This document shows, one piece after another, positions 9,237 to 19,069 of a stretch of 64,000 bases of DNA. Position 1 is the first letter of the stretch. Every line of letters begins with the position of its first letter. This DNA is from a virus. The notes under the pieces were generated by a model. The model did not search any database, was not told the origin of the DNA, and was given only the letters and a program-made list of their open reading frames with translations. Position numbers and translations under genes: made by a program. Location: positions 13,890-77,889 of the IMG/VR virus record IMGVR_UViG_3300003323_001359; one strand, written 5' to 3'.

Positions 9237-12152
9237 GTGGCCGCAACCCTCACCCCCGACGGCGAGCTGACCTACTTCTCGTTCCCCATCGAGAAGACCG
9301 AGGAAACGAGCGACGGCGACCTCATCGTCTACGGCAAGGCCACCGACGGCACCGTCGACAGCGACCTTCAGATCGTCGACCAGGACTGGTCGGCCAAGGC
9401 GATCCACGAGTGGCTCGAGACCGGCGGCAACCTGAGGGTGCAACACCAGGCCCGTCGCGACCCGGCTGGTCGGGGCCTCTCCGTGGAGGCGACCCCGGAG
9501 GGCCACTACGTCAAGGCCCTCGTCGTGGAGCCCGTGGCCAAGGAGCTCGTCAAGAAGGGCGTGCTGACCTGCTACTCGGTCGGCATCACCCACCCGGACA
9601 TCGTGCCGGACCCCACCGGCAAGGCCATGAACGGCATCATCCGTGGTCGTCGTGACGGCCTCACGAAGATCAGCGAGATCAGCCTCGTCGACCGCGGCTC
9701 CAACTTCAACTCGAAGTTCGAGCTCGTCAAGGCCGCCGGCGACGCCGGCGAGCCCGAGTTCATCGGCAAGATGCTCATCGACCCGGAGCTCGACGGCGCG
9801 GTCGTGACGAGCGTCGACGGCCTCCCCGGCGGCCGCGTCACGCCGGCCGACGTCGCCAAGGCGCTCACCGGCCACGAGGGCGTCGCCAAGCGGAACGTCG
9901 ACCCCAACGTGGGCGGCGGCACCGACCGCGACCGGATCCCCGCCGAGGACTTCGCCGGCGACGATCGCTCCTACCCGATCGTCACGCCGCAGGACGTGCA
10001 CGACGCGTCACGGTCCATCGGCCGCGCCGGTGACGACAACAAGTCCTCCGAGGGACTGAAGCGCAGCATCATCCGCATCGCACGGCGCAAGGGTGCCGCC
10101 TTCGTGGCCCGGCTCCCCGAGAGCTGGAAGAAGGAGCTGGGCATGAGCGACAGCGAGAAGGTGACCGACGTCGAGATGACCGAGGACGCCGAGGTGAAGA
10201 CCGTCGAGACCGAGGCTGAGACGGACGCCGACGTCGCGAAGGACGAGGAGCCGGACGAGGTCAAGGCCGGCTCGACGGGCGGCGGCAGCGGCATGAGCGG
10301 CGGCAGCGCGGGTGCCGGTGACGCCGGCGGGGGCAGCGCGGGAGCCGGCACCGGCGGCGCGGGCAGCGCCAAGAGCGACGAGGACGACGAGGACGAGGAC
10401 GCGGCGGAGAAGAGCGACGACGGCGTGAAGGCCGCTGAGCCCACCGTCGAGAAGGTCGTCACCGTCGAGAAGAAGGACAAGGTCCTGTGCCCCGGCTGTG
10501 GGGCGAACCTGCACGCCGACCACAACTTCTGCCCCGAGTGCGGCGGCAAGCTCAAGGGCGCGCTCGCGATCAAGAAGAACCACGACTTCACCTGCCTCGG
10601 CTGCGGCCTGCAGCTCGACAAGGGAGAGAAGTTCTGCCCGAGCTGCGGCAAGCCGCACCCCGGCTATCTGCCGGAGGCCGACTCCAAGGTCAAGGCCGCC
10701 GGTGGCGACGACACCGTCGTTGACGACGACAAGGCCTCCCGGAAGGCCGCGAAGAGGGCGGCGAAGGCCGCCGCACGGGCCGACGTGACCAAGAAGCCGA
10801 CGCCCACCGACGGCGTCGAGGAGACCGAGGACGCCGACCCGGTTCCCGAGCACCGCGAGCCCGACGGCCCCGCCATCGAGGCTCTCGAGCGCGACGCCAA
10901 GGTCCCGACCGTTCCCGACTCGAGCGTCAAGGCCGCGGACCTCATCTTCCCCGGCGACCACGAGGGCTCGGCGTCGATGCGGCTGAAGATGCTGAACGTT
11001 CCCACGGACTACGGCACGCTGCACGACCTGACCTGCCCGTGCTTCCACCCGGACGACGTCGCCAAGAGCTACCCGCGCTACGACCTGACCAGCCTCGACC
11101 CGAACCACTGGCAGCGCAAGGCGTTCGAGCTCGCCGCGTCCGCGCCGCTCGACCAGGCCCGCAAGGCGAACGAGCTGTGGCAGCACGTGGCGACGCTCAA
11201 GGCGACCGACCCGCGCTACCTGATGGAGGTCCGGTCGGAGCTCTACAAGGAGTTCCGCGACGCGAACCCCGGTCCCGGGACGTTCCCGACCCCGGGCTCC
11301 ATGAACGGCCGCTCGTACAACCGACCGCTCGTCACCGCCGGCCACGAGGCGCCGTCACCGGGGCACGATGGCCCCAACACCGCGCCCGACCCGTTCGGGT
11401 CGATCTCCGCCGCGCAGTTCGGCCGCGGCTACCTCTCCGGCGGCCACGCGGCGGAGGCGCCCGCCAGTGGCGGCGACCCGATGCGGCCGGTGAGCGCGCC
11501 GAGCGTGACCGGTGTCCCCACCCGCACCTACTACACCAACGCGATGCGAGACAACGCGCGTCAGGCCATGCTGGCCATGCACGACCACATCGCGCAGACC
11601 TTCCCCGACCTCTGCCCGGCCGCTCCCGACGGCAGCCCGTACGGCGGCTCGCTGCCGGGCTCCCGACCGGTGCCGGTCGGCGTCGGTGGCCCCGCGCCGC
11701 ACGGTGCGACCAAGGCGGCCAAGAAGGAGCGGAAGGCGAGGGAGGAGCTGGCCGTGACGGAGACCACCGAGAAGGCCGCGCCGACCGAGGTCACCAAGGC
11801 CGTCACCCTCGACCTGGCGGCCGTGGACGCGATGATCGCGAAGGCGGTCGCGGCCGTCAACGAGCAGCGCGACACCGAGGTCGCCGACCTCAAGAAGACC
11901 CTCAAGAAGATGCGCAAGCAGGTTGAGGCGCTCGCCGAGCAGCCGGACCCGGTGGGTCCCTACCGCGGCGTCGCGTTCGACCAGCTGACCAAGATGTCGG
12001 CCGCACCGGAGGTGCTGCCGTCCGTGAGCCGCGCGGAGCGCGCTCAGGAGTCCGTGTTCCAGGCACTGCACCACCAGTGGCGGAACGACCCCGACCCGAT
12101 GCAGCGGGAAGTTGCGTGGCGGGAGCTGAAGAAGATGTCTGGTTTCAAGTAG
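9237..12152 (+). CDS. prohead (capsid maturation) protease fused to zinc ribbons and a scaffold-like region
   Basis: VYGKA...DSDLQ, QH, YSVG, EISLVDRGSN of HK97-type proteases; CPGC/CPEC and CLGC/CPSC ribbons; C-terminal coiled coil. Confidence 0.82.
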   Translation: MAATLTPDGELTYFSFPIEKTEETSDGDLIVYGKATDGTVDSDLQIVDQDWSAKAIHEWLETGGNLRVQHQARRDPAGRGLSVEATPEGHYVKALVVEPVAKELVKKGVLTCYSVGITHPDIVPDPTGKAMNGIIRGRRDGLTKISEISLVDRGSNFNSKFELVKAAGDAGEPEFIGKMLIDPELDGAVVTSVDGLPGGRVTPADVAKALTGHEGVAKRNVDPNVGGGTDRDRIPAEDFAGDDRSYPIVTPQDVHDASRSIGRAGDDNKSSEGLKRSIIRIARRKGAAFVARLPESWKKELGMSDSEKVTDVEMTEDAEVKTVETEAETDADVAKDEEPDEVKAGSTGGGSGMSGGSAGAGDAGGGSAGAGTGGAGSAKSDEDDEDEDAAEKSDDGVKAAEPTVEKVVTVEKKDKVLCPGCGANLHADHNFCPECGGKLKGALAIKKNHDFTCLGCGLQLDKGEKFCPSCGKPHPGYLPEADSKVKAAGGDDTVVDDDKASRKAAKRAAKAAARADVTKKPTPTDGVEETEDADPVPEHREPDGPAIEALERDAKVPTVPDSSVKAADLIFPGDHEGSASMRLKMLNVPTDYGTLHDLTCPCFHPDDVAKSYPRYDLTSLDPNHWQRKAFELAASAPLDQARKANELWQHVATLKATDPRYLMEVRSELYKEFRDANPGPGTFPTPGSMNGRSYNRPLVTAGHEAPSPGHDGPNTAPDPFGSISAAQFGRGYLSGGHAAEAPASGGDPMRPVSAPSVTGVPTRTYYTNAMRDNARQAMLAMHDHIAQTFPDLCPAAPDGSPYGGSLPGSRPVPVGVGGPAPHGATKAAKKERKAREELAVTETTEKAAPTEVTKAVTLDLAAVDAMIAKAVAAVNEQRDTEVADLKKTLKKMRKQVEALAEQPDPVGPYRGVAFDQLTKMSAAPEVLPSVSRAERAQESVFQALHHQWRNDPDPMQREVAWRELKKMSGFK

Positions 12153-12189
12153 ATCGACCACCAACACCGCTGCTTTGGAAGGAACCACC

Positions 12190-14001
12190 GTGGCTGCACT
12201 CCTCGAGGGCGCCGACACCACGACGCCCACGGACATGAACGAGCTCAAGGCGGGTCTCCAGGAGACCGTCTCGCGCTGCAACACCACCGGCGACGCCATC
12301 AAGGCGCAGCTGCCGAACCTGGTCAAGGGCGCCGGCCTCGCTACCATCGGCTCCAACAAGCCGCTGGAGGACCAGGCCGACATCACCTACCGGGCCCACC
12401 AGGCCGCCCTGGACCTGCGCACCGCGACGATGCAGGGCTACCAGAACCGGTCCTCCGTGGTGAAGTCCATGAACCAGGGCTTCCTCAACCAGTTCGGCAA
12501 CCTGAAGACCGCGCTGACCACGCCGTCCATCGGCGAGCAGGTCTCGCAGCTGCTCGCCGGCATCCCCGGCATGGAGAGCAACAAGTCCTTCACCGCCGGC
12601 AACCTGGGCATCGGCTCGATCTACGGTCTCGTGCCGTTCGACCTGCTCGCGCCCTCGCGGCTGATCTACCCGGTCTACACCCTGTACCGCAACAAGTTCC
12701 CCCGCCCGGCGGGACAGGGTCTGTCCCGCATCGAGCGCGTGTTCACCGGCATCTCCGGCTCGCAGACCGGCGGCCAGGGCGTGCTCGACATCTCGATCGA
12801 CGAGCTGGTCACCTCCGGTGGCTCGTTCAGCAGCTGGCCGCTGAACCTGCCGCCGTCGGGGAACCAGACCGAGGTCACGCTCAATGTGCCCTACCGGTTC
12901 TTCGGCATCACCGAGCAGCTGTCCTGGCTGGCTCAGTTCAGCGGTCAGGGATTCGAGGACGTCTCGGCCCTCGCGAACCTCATCCTCCTGCAGGAGATGA
13001 TGCTCGGCGAGGAGTACCAGATGATCGCCGGCACGTCGATCAACCTGACCGCGCCGGCCGCGCCGACCATCACCGTGCGCACCGCTGGCTCCAACGAGAC
13101 CGCCTTCACCACCGGCACGCTGACCGTGGAGATCACCGCCGGCAACTACTGGGGTGAGACCGCGCCCTCCTCGGCCAGCAACTCGGTCACCGTCAGCGCC
13201 GGCCAGGTCGTCGACGTCACCATCCCGACCGTTCCCGGCGCGCTCTTCACCAACATCTACACCAACAGCGGGAGCGCCGGCTACTTCCTGCAGCAGGCGC
13301 AGGTCGGCGGCACCCGCTTCACCCTGCAGGGCACCGCCGCGACGACCACCGCGCCGCCGAGCGCCGACACCGGCACCGGCAAGGGGACCCGGATGGAGGG
13401 CGTGATCCCGACCCTCGCCGGCGTCTCGGCCAACGCGGGCATCTACCCGTCCGGCTGGCAGGGCGGCTACGTCAACAACGCGGTCGGCACCACGCTGAAC
13501 TACAACGTCATCAACACGACCCTGAAGGCGCTGTGGGACAGCTCGTCCAACAACCCGGGCGCGTTCAAGGCCGACCCGGCGGAGCTGCTCAGCTCCGCGA
13601 CCGACATCGCGAACCTGTCCGACGACGTCATCGCTCAGGGCTCGGCCACCAACTACCGCCTGTTCATCCAGCAGTCGGAGACCGGCGGCATCCAGACCGG
13701 TGCCGCGGTGGACGAGTTCCGCAACCCCTTCACCCGGTCGATCATGAAGATGGTCGTTCACCCCTGGTACAAGCAGGGCAACGCCGACCTGATGACCTAC
13801 CAGCTCCCCCAGACGTGGACCAACGTCGCCAACGCGTGGGAGATGACCACGGTCCAGGACTACGTGTCCATCGCGTGGCCGGTGATCGACGCCACCTTCC
13901 GCTACTCCATCTTCCTGTACGGGGCGATGGTGGCGCACGCGCCGCAGTACTCGGCGCACCTCGCTGGCCTGCAGAAGACCAACACCACCCCCTACACGTG
14001 A
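12190..14001 (+). CDS. major capsid protein with an inserted Thr-rich beta domain
   Basis: Follows the protease; strongly biased codon usage; downstream hairpin; GGAAGGA RBS. Confidence 0.8.
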   Translation: MAALLEGADTTTPTDMNELKAGLQETVSRCNTTGDAIKAQLPNLVKGAGLATIGSNKPLEDQADITYRAHQAALDLRTATMQGYQNRSSVVKSMNQGFLNQFGNLKTALTTPSIGEQVSQLLAGIPGMESNKSFTAGNLGIGSIYGLVPFDLLAPSRLIYPVYTLYRNKFPRPAGQGLSRIERVFTGISGSQTGGQGVLDISIDELVTSGGSFSSWPLNLPPSGNQTEVTLNVPYRFFGITEQLSWLAQFSGQGFEDVSALANLILLQEMMLGEEYQMIAGTSINLTAPAAPTITVRTAGSNETAFTTGTLTVEITAGNYWGETAPSSASNSVTVSAGQVVDVTIPTVPGALFTNIYTNSGSAGYFLQQAQVGGTRFTLQGTAATTTAPPSADTGTGKGTRMEGVIPTLAGVSANAGIYPSGWQGGYVNNAVGTTLNYNVINTTLKALWDSSSNNPGAFKADPAELLSSATDIANLSDDVIAQGSATNYRLFIQQSETGGIQTGAAVDEFRNPFTRSIMKMVVHPWYKQGNADLMTYQLPQTWTNVANAWEMTTVQDYVSIAWPVIDATFRYSIFLYGAMVAHAPQYSAHLAGLQKTNTTPYT

Positions 14002-14007
14002 TCGGCA

Positions 14008-14034
14008 GCGCGGCGGCTCGTCGAGCCGCCGCGC
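14008..14034 (+). terminator. stem-loop after the major capsid gene
   Basis: gcgcggcggctc-gtc-gagccgccgcgc. Confidence 0.65.
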
Positions 14035-14065
14035 GTCGTCGGACCGAGGCCTCGAAAGGATCGAA

Positions 14066-14422
14066 GTGGCCATCTTCGAGGGGGACTACCCCCAGCTTCA
14101 GAACACCACGATCACCACGTCCGGTGGCACGCAGGTGTTCGCGACCTCCGGCTCCGGCGTGAGCCACGCCGGCGGCACGTACACCTGGAACTTCATCTCG
14201 TCCACCACCGCGAACCAGGCGTACACCGTGCTGAACCAGGGACCGAACGTCGCGTACGTCGGCACCAACTCCGGCATGACCGCGCCGACCGCCGGCATCC
14301 TGCTCAACGTCGGTGAGCAGCTGACCGTTCAGGGCCGGGTGCAGAACCTGTACGCGGCCGTCGCGAACGGCAACACCGCGACGATCTCGGCGGCGCTGGC
14401 GTCCAACCCGTCGGTGGTGTGA
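14066..14422 (+). CDS. putative capsid decoration/virion protein
   Basis: Beta-rich; 'VLNQGPNVAYVG' resembles the next gene's 'VFNAGPSTVYVG'. Confidence 0.6.
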   Translation: MAIFEGDYPQLQNTTITTSGGTQVFATSGSGVSHAGGTYTWNFISSTTANQAYTVLNQGPNVAYVGTNSGMTAPTAGILLNVGEQLTVQGRVQNLYAAVANGNTATISAALASNPSVV

Positions 14423-14423
14423 C

Positions 14424-14927
14424 GTGGCGAGCCGTTCCATCTACACGCCCGTGGGAGCGGCGCCGGTTCAGGTCTACACCCCCGCGAGCGTCGGTCGACC
14501 GCACGTCGTGGTCTTCAACGCCGGCCCGTCCACGGTGTACGTGGGTGGGGTCGGCGTCACGTCGACCAGCGGCCTGGCGGTGCCGCCGAACACGGAGATC
14601 AGCTTCTCCAACGGCGTCAACGCGATCTACGCGGCCGCGGGCGGCGTGACCGTCAGCGGCACGGCGACGACCAACCTGACCGCGGCCACGACCGGCGGCT
14701 CGTCCAGCAACCTGAGCGTCGGCACCACCGCGAACTTCGCGGTGGGCAACCTGGTTCAGATCGGCACCGGCAACACCGCCGAGATCGGCACGATCTCGGC
14801 GTTCGCCAACAGCACCACGTTCACGCTGGCGAGCGCGGTCGTCTACGACCACCGCGCGGGAGCCGCGGTCTCGGCGGTCACCGGCGCCTCACCGGGAACC
14901 GTCCGGACAACCGCGGGAACGTCGTAG
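14424..14927 (+). CDS. putative virion decoration protein
   Basis: Paralogous N-terminus plus a T/G-rich module shared with the adaptor and tail tube. Confidence 0.6.
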   Translation: MASRSIYTPVGAAPVQVYTPASVGRPHVVVFNAGPSTVYVGGVGVTSTSGLAVPPNTEISFSNGVNAIYAAAGGVTVSGTATTNLTAATTGGSSSNLSVGTTANFAVGNLVQIGTGNTAEIGTISAFANSTTFTLASAVVYDHRAGAAVSAVTGASPGTVRTTAGTS

Positions 14928-15046
14928 CCGACCGGATCACGACACCTCGATAACAGCCTGGCGGCACTCGGTCTCCAACGTGATGATACGCGATATAGTG
15001 AAGCCGACGGGAGAGCCGTCGCTTCAACCCGGGCAGGGAGCGTCGC

Positions 15047-15658
15047 GTGGCATCACAACCGGGGCCGAGCGCCGCCGGCTCGATGGTCAACCTCATCTGC
15101 GTGAAGGTGGCCTGGCGAGGCAGAACGATCCCCAGCGTTGAGCAGCCGTTCCACGTCATCGAGGTCAACCCCGAGCCGGCGCATCCCAAGGGACGCAAGG
15201 GCCTCGTGCTCGCGTCGGCGTGGCGACAGATGGCGACGCCTCAGGACGTGGGCATGCTGATCCTCGACTCGGACGTCGCGATCGAGCCCATCGACCTCGG
15301 CACGATGGTTCAGCACGTCGGTCGAGACACCAGCTCGGTCTGGACCGCGCCGGCGCGTCTGTGGCCGCGGTCGACCCACCTGCCGAGCTGGGTGTGGGGC
15401 CACCGCAAGGAGCCCGCGCCCAACGCCACCGCGGAGGAGGCTCTCCGCCTGTGGCAGACCGACGTCGACGACCCCGACTGGTTCACGTTCTGCTTCACGT
15501 ACCTGCCGCGGCGGCTCGTGGAGACGGCGGTCGCTGAGGGCCTCAAGGAGTGGCACTACCCGTACGTGGACCTGAACATGCACCGCCTGGCCAAGCGCCT
15601 CGGCGTGCCGGTCCGCGTCGTTCGCGGGGACTGCCACCCCAAGCACATCAACTTCTAG
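15047..15658 (+). CDS. putative GT-A fold glycosyltransferase-like protein
   Basis: MLILDSDV (DxD); C-terminal HPKHIN. Confidence 0.45.
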   Translation: MASQPGPSAAGSMVNLICVKVAWRGRTIPSVEQPFHVIEVNPEPAHPKGRKGLVLASAWRQMATPQDVGMLILDSDVAIEPIDLGTMVQHVGRDTSSVWTAPARLWPRSTHLPSWVWGHRKEPAPNATAEEALRLWQTDVDDPDWFTFCFTYLPRRLVETAVAEGLKEWHYPYVDLNMHRLAKRLGVPVRVVRGDCHPKHINF

Positions 15659-15677
15659 CTCAGAATCGAGGGCGGCG

Positions 15678-15896
15678 ATGGCTCAGGTGACCGCGAAGGT
15701 CCGGTGCAACAGCAAGAAGATCTGGAGCGAGACCGGCGCAACGTTCGAGTTCGGGGTCGACTACGCGGACGGCCGCAACAAGGCGTGGGCGCAGGCGACG
15801 CCGTCCCTGTCGGTCAGCATCGCGGTCAAGGACGCTGAGATGTTCGAGGTCGGTAGGTCGTACACGCTGACCTTCACCGTGGACGACGAGGCCTGA
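15678..15896 (+). CDS. hypothetical protein
   Basis: 72 aa with RBS; 'NKAWAQATPS'. Confidence 0.65.
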   Translation: MAQVTAKVRCNSKKIWSETGATFEFGVDYADGRNKAWAQATPSLSVSIAVKDAEMFEVGRSYTLTFTVDDEA

Positions 15897-15899
15897 GCC

Positions 15900-16193
15900 G
15901 TGGGCGTCCGCGTCAACCTCCCACCCGGGTGCGAGGGCTTCAACATGCAGGACGGCACCCGCTACGCCGGCAAGGCCGGCGGCACCGTCGAGGTCGCCGA
16001 GCGCCACGCGACCGCGGTCCAGAAGCAGATCGGCGGCGACGCCGGCCTCGCGTTCGCCGGCTTCCGCGGCTTCCTCGGCACCAAGAAGGGCCGCTGGTGC
16101 GCCGCGTGCTGCCGGATGTGGAACGCGTGGAGCCACAGCTGTCCGAGATGCGGTGAGGACACCGTCGAGGATACCGCGATGGAGGCGTCGTGA
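15900..16193 (+). CDS. hypothetical zinc-ribbon protein
   Basis: CAAC...CPRC. Confidence 0.6.
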   Translation: MGVRVNLPPGCEGFNMQDGTRYAGKAGGTVEVAERHATAVQKQIGGDAGLAFAGFRGFLGTKKGRWCAACCRMWNAWSHSCPRCGEDTVEDTAMEAS

Positions 16194-16507
16194 GCAACAC
16201 CTTCAACATCAGCACGTCCGGTAACTTCACGCTGCAGAGCTACGGCGGCGCGGTGCTTCAACGCCTCATCATCAACAACGCCGGTGCCGCGACGGGGTCT
16301 ACCATCACCATCTACGACTCAGCCACCGCGTCCGGCACGGTCCTCGGCACCCTCCACGCGTCCGCGGTGAGCACCCAGGGATCGTACGAGTACGGCAGCG
16401 TCCTGCAGCACGGCCTCACCATCGTGAACGGCAACCCCGCGAGCGACGTCACGGTCGTTCTCGACCAGCCCATCACCAGCCCCACCGCCGCCGAGGTCAG
16501 GCAGTGA
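16190..16507 (+). CDS. hypothetical virion protein
   Basis: S/T-rich beta protein; overlapping start and stop codons with neighbours. Confidence 0.6.
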   Translation: MSNTFNISTSGNFTLQSYGGAVLQRLIINNAGAATGSTITIYDSATASGTVLGTLHASAVSTQGSYEYGSVLQHGLTIVNGNPASDVTVVLDQPITSPTAAEVRQ

Positions 16508-17481
16508 CGAGGGTCTTCGGCTGGCTCTGCGACCACAGCGGCTGCGGCTACTACCGCGTCAAGCAGCCGTTCAACGTTCTCAAGGCGCGCGGTCACGACG
16601 TCTTCTACGACGGCAACATGCCGGCCGACGTCGCGCTCGGCGGTGCGGACGTCGTGGTCGCGCAGCGGGTGGTGCTTCCCGGTCCCACCGAGTGGGTGCA
16701 GCGGACCGCCCGCAAGGGAAACGTCAAGGTCGTGCTCGAGTTCGATGACGACCTGTGGAACATCGAGGGCACGAACAGCATCGCTCACGGTTTCTTCAAC
16801 CGTGAGATGCAGGATCGCGCCAGGCAGAACCTCGCCGTCGCCGACGTCGTGACCACGACGACCGACCACCTCGCGAACCGTCTCAGCGAGTACACCACGG
16901 CGCCCATCGAGGTCATCCCCAACCACGTCTCGAGCTGGCTCATCGACCACGAGCCGGCGCGTCGCGAGGACACCGTCACCGTTGGCTGGGCCGGCAGCGC
17001 CACCCACCTCGGTGACTGGAACGAGCTCGCGAGCGAGCTTCGGCGGTTCCTCAGCCGCACGGACGGCGTTGAGCTGCACACCATGGGGCACGATCTCGCC
17101 AACCGGTGGCCCCGGACCCGCCACTCGTGGTGGAAGAACGAGATCGACGACTACCTGCGCGTGATCGACTTCCACGTCGGCCTCGCGCCGCTCCGTCCCT
17201 CGCTGTTCAACAAGTCGAAGTCGGCGCTGAAGGCGATGGAGTACGGCGCGCTCGGCATCCCCATCATCGCCTCCAACTGCGGCCCCTACGCCGACTACGT
17301 GCAGCACGGTGAGACCGGCTTCCTCGTGGACCGACCGCACGAGTGGCCGATCTACCTCCGCGAGCTGGTCAACGACCCGACGCTCCGCGAGACGATGAGC
17401 CAGAAGGCCCGCGGCTACGTCGCCGCGAACAGCCTGATCGAGGACAACATCTGGCGGTGGGAGAGGGTGCTGCTGTCGTGA
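16504..17481 (+). CDS. glycosyltransferase (GT-B, GT4-like)
   Basis: SGCGYYR, EFDDD, VGWAGS, FNKSKSALKAMEYGALGIP. Confidence 0.88.
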   Translation: MTRVFGWLCDHSGCGYYRVKQPFNVLKARGHDVFYDGNMPADVALGGADVVVAQRVVLPGPTEWVQRTARKGNVKVVLEFDDDLWNIEGTNSIAHGFFNREMQDRARQNLAVADVVTTTTDHLANRLSEYTTAPIEVIPNHVSSWLIDHEPARREDTVTVGWAGSATHLGDWNELASELRRFLSRTDGVELHTMGHDLANRWPRTRHSWWKNEIDDYLRVIDFHVGLAPLRPSLFNKSKSALKAMEYGALGIPIIASNCGPYADYVQHGETGFLVDRPHEWPIYLRELVNDPTLRETMSQKARGYVAANSLIEDNIWRWERVLLS

Positions 17482-18395
17482 GCAGGAAGGCCCTCGTCAC
17501 CGGTCACCTCGGGTTCATCGGCCGGCACATGCTGCGCCGTCTGTCCCAGCTCGGGTACTCGGTCACCGGCTTCGACATCCGCGGTGAGTGCCCCGTCGAC
17601 GCCCGCGACTTCTTCCGCACCAACCGGCAGCGGTTCGACCTCGTCGTTCACTGCGCCGCGGTCGTTGGTGGTCGACAGACCATCGAGAGCGCGCCGCTCA
17701 GCGTCGCCGTCGACCTCGCCATCGACGCCGAGCTCTTCCAGTGGGCGCTGCGAACCAGGCCCGGCGCGGTCGTCTACTTCTCCAGCTCCGCGGCGTACCC
17801 GATCAACCTGCAGGGTCTCGCCCGAGCCGCCTGGGAGAACGACCTCCACCACGGGTTGCCCCTCGTCGAGACCGAGATCAACCACGCCGACGACACCTTC
17901 GGCAAGCCGGACCTCACCTACGGCTGGGCGAAGTTGACCGGCGAGGTGCTCGCTGAGCACGCGCGAGCCGCCGGCGTGCGGGTCCACGTGTTTCGGCCGT
18001 TCAGCGGCTACGGTGCCGATCAGGATCTCTCGTACCCCTTTCCCGCGTTCATCCAGCGCGCGCTGCGTCGCGACGACCCCTTCGAGGTCTGGGGCGACGG
18101 CAACCAGCTTCGTGACTTCATCCACGTCGACGACATCGTGAACGCGGTGATGACCGCGGTCGATGAGGGGTTCACCGAGACCGTCAACCTCTGCACCGGG
18201 CGCGGTACCTCGTTCAACGATCTCGCACGGCTCGTCACGAGCGCGGTCGGCTACGCTCCCGAGATCAAGCACCGCACCGACGCGCCCGTGGGCGTGACGA
18301 GCCGGGTCGGCAGCCCCGAGCGAATGATCACGTTCTACCGTCCGAGGGTGTCCCTCGAGGAGGGCATCTACCGCGCGATAAGGTCAGCGTCATGA
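17478..18395 (+). CDS. NAD-dependent nucleotide-sugar epimerase/dehydratase
   Basis: TGHLGFIG, FSSSAAY, YGWAK (YxxxK), RDFIHVDD. Confidence 0.92.
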   Translation: MSRKALVTGHLGFIGRHMLRRLSQLGYSVTGFDIRGECPVDARDFFRTNRQRFDLVVHCAAVVGGRQTIESAPLSVAVDLAIDAELFQWALRTRPGAVVYFSSSAAYPINLQGLARAAWENDLHHGLPLVETEINHADDTFGKPDLTYGWAKLTGEVLAEHARAAGVRVHVFRPFSGYGADQDLSYPFPAFIQRALRRDDPFEVWGDGNQLRDFIHVDDIVNAVMTAVDEGFTETVNLCTGRGTSFNDLARLVTSAVGYAPEIKHRTDAPVGVTSRVGSPERMITFYRPRVSLEEGIYRAIRSAS

Positions 18396-19069
18396 CCGAT
18401 CTCATCGCGCTCGTTCCCACCCGCGGTCGACCCGCCAACGCGGCTCGCCTGGCCGCCGCCGTCAGCGAGCTGAGCCGCGCCAAGACCCTGCTCGTGCTCG
18501 GTGTCGACGCCGACGACCCCGAGCTGGAGGCGTACCAACGGATCGACGCCGTCGTTGAGATCACCGATCCCACCGACACGCCCGGCATGGTCGGCGCGCT
18601 CAACCAGCTCGCCGACCGCTACGACACGCAGGCCGCGTGCCTTGGGTTCCTCGGTGACGATCACCTGCCCCGCACCGTGGGCTGGGACGCCCTGCTCTGC
18701 GAGGCCATCGACGTCATGGGTGGCGGCGTCGCCTACGGCAACGACCTCGTGCACGGCCCCGGTCTCGCGACCGCCGCGGTCATGGACGCCCGGATCCCAC
18801 GCAGCCTCGGCTTCATGGCGCCACCGAACCTGTGGCACCTCTACGTCGACAACGTGTGGATGGACTGGGGCCGCGGCATCGGCAAGCTCGGCTACCGCGG
18901 CGACGTGATCATCGAGCACCTTCACCCCCTCGTCGGCAAGGCTGAGACGGATGAGCGGTACGCGGTCGTCAACGCCGGCAGCGTGTCGAACCACGACCAC
19001 GCGGCCTACGTCGAGTACGTCGAGCACGGGCTGCCCCTGGACATCGCGAACCTGCAGGCACGCGCGTGA
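18392..19069 (+). CDS. glycosyltransferase (GT-A, GT2-like)
   Basis: LVPTRGRP, FLGDDH, IEHLH. Confidence 0.78.
   Translation: MTDLIALVPTRGRPANAARLAAAVSELSRAKTLLVLGVDADDPELEAYQRIDAVVEITDPTDTPGMVGALNQLADRYDTQAACLGFLGDDHLPRTVGWDALLCEAIDVMGGGVAYGNDLVHGPGLATAAVMDARIPRSLGFMAPPNLWHLYVDNVWMDWGRGIGKLGYRGDVIIEHLHPLVGKAETDERYAVVNAGSVSNHDHAAYVEYVEHGLPLDIANLQARA

Noticed and set aside
10265-10400. GGC-rich repeat
   Set aside because: Encodes a Gly/Ser linker within the protease; not an independent repeat element.
5685-12152. Inteins explaining the oversized portal and protease
   Set aside because: No intein terminal motifs or LAGLIDADG blocks seen; the extra sequence is C-terminal, not an insertion.
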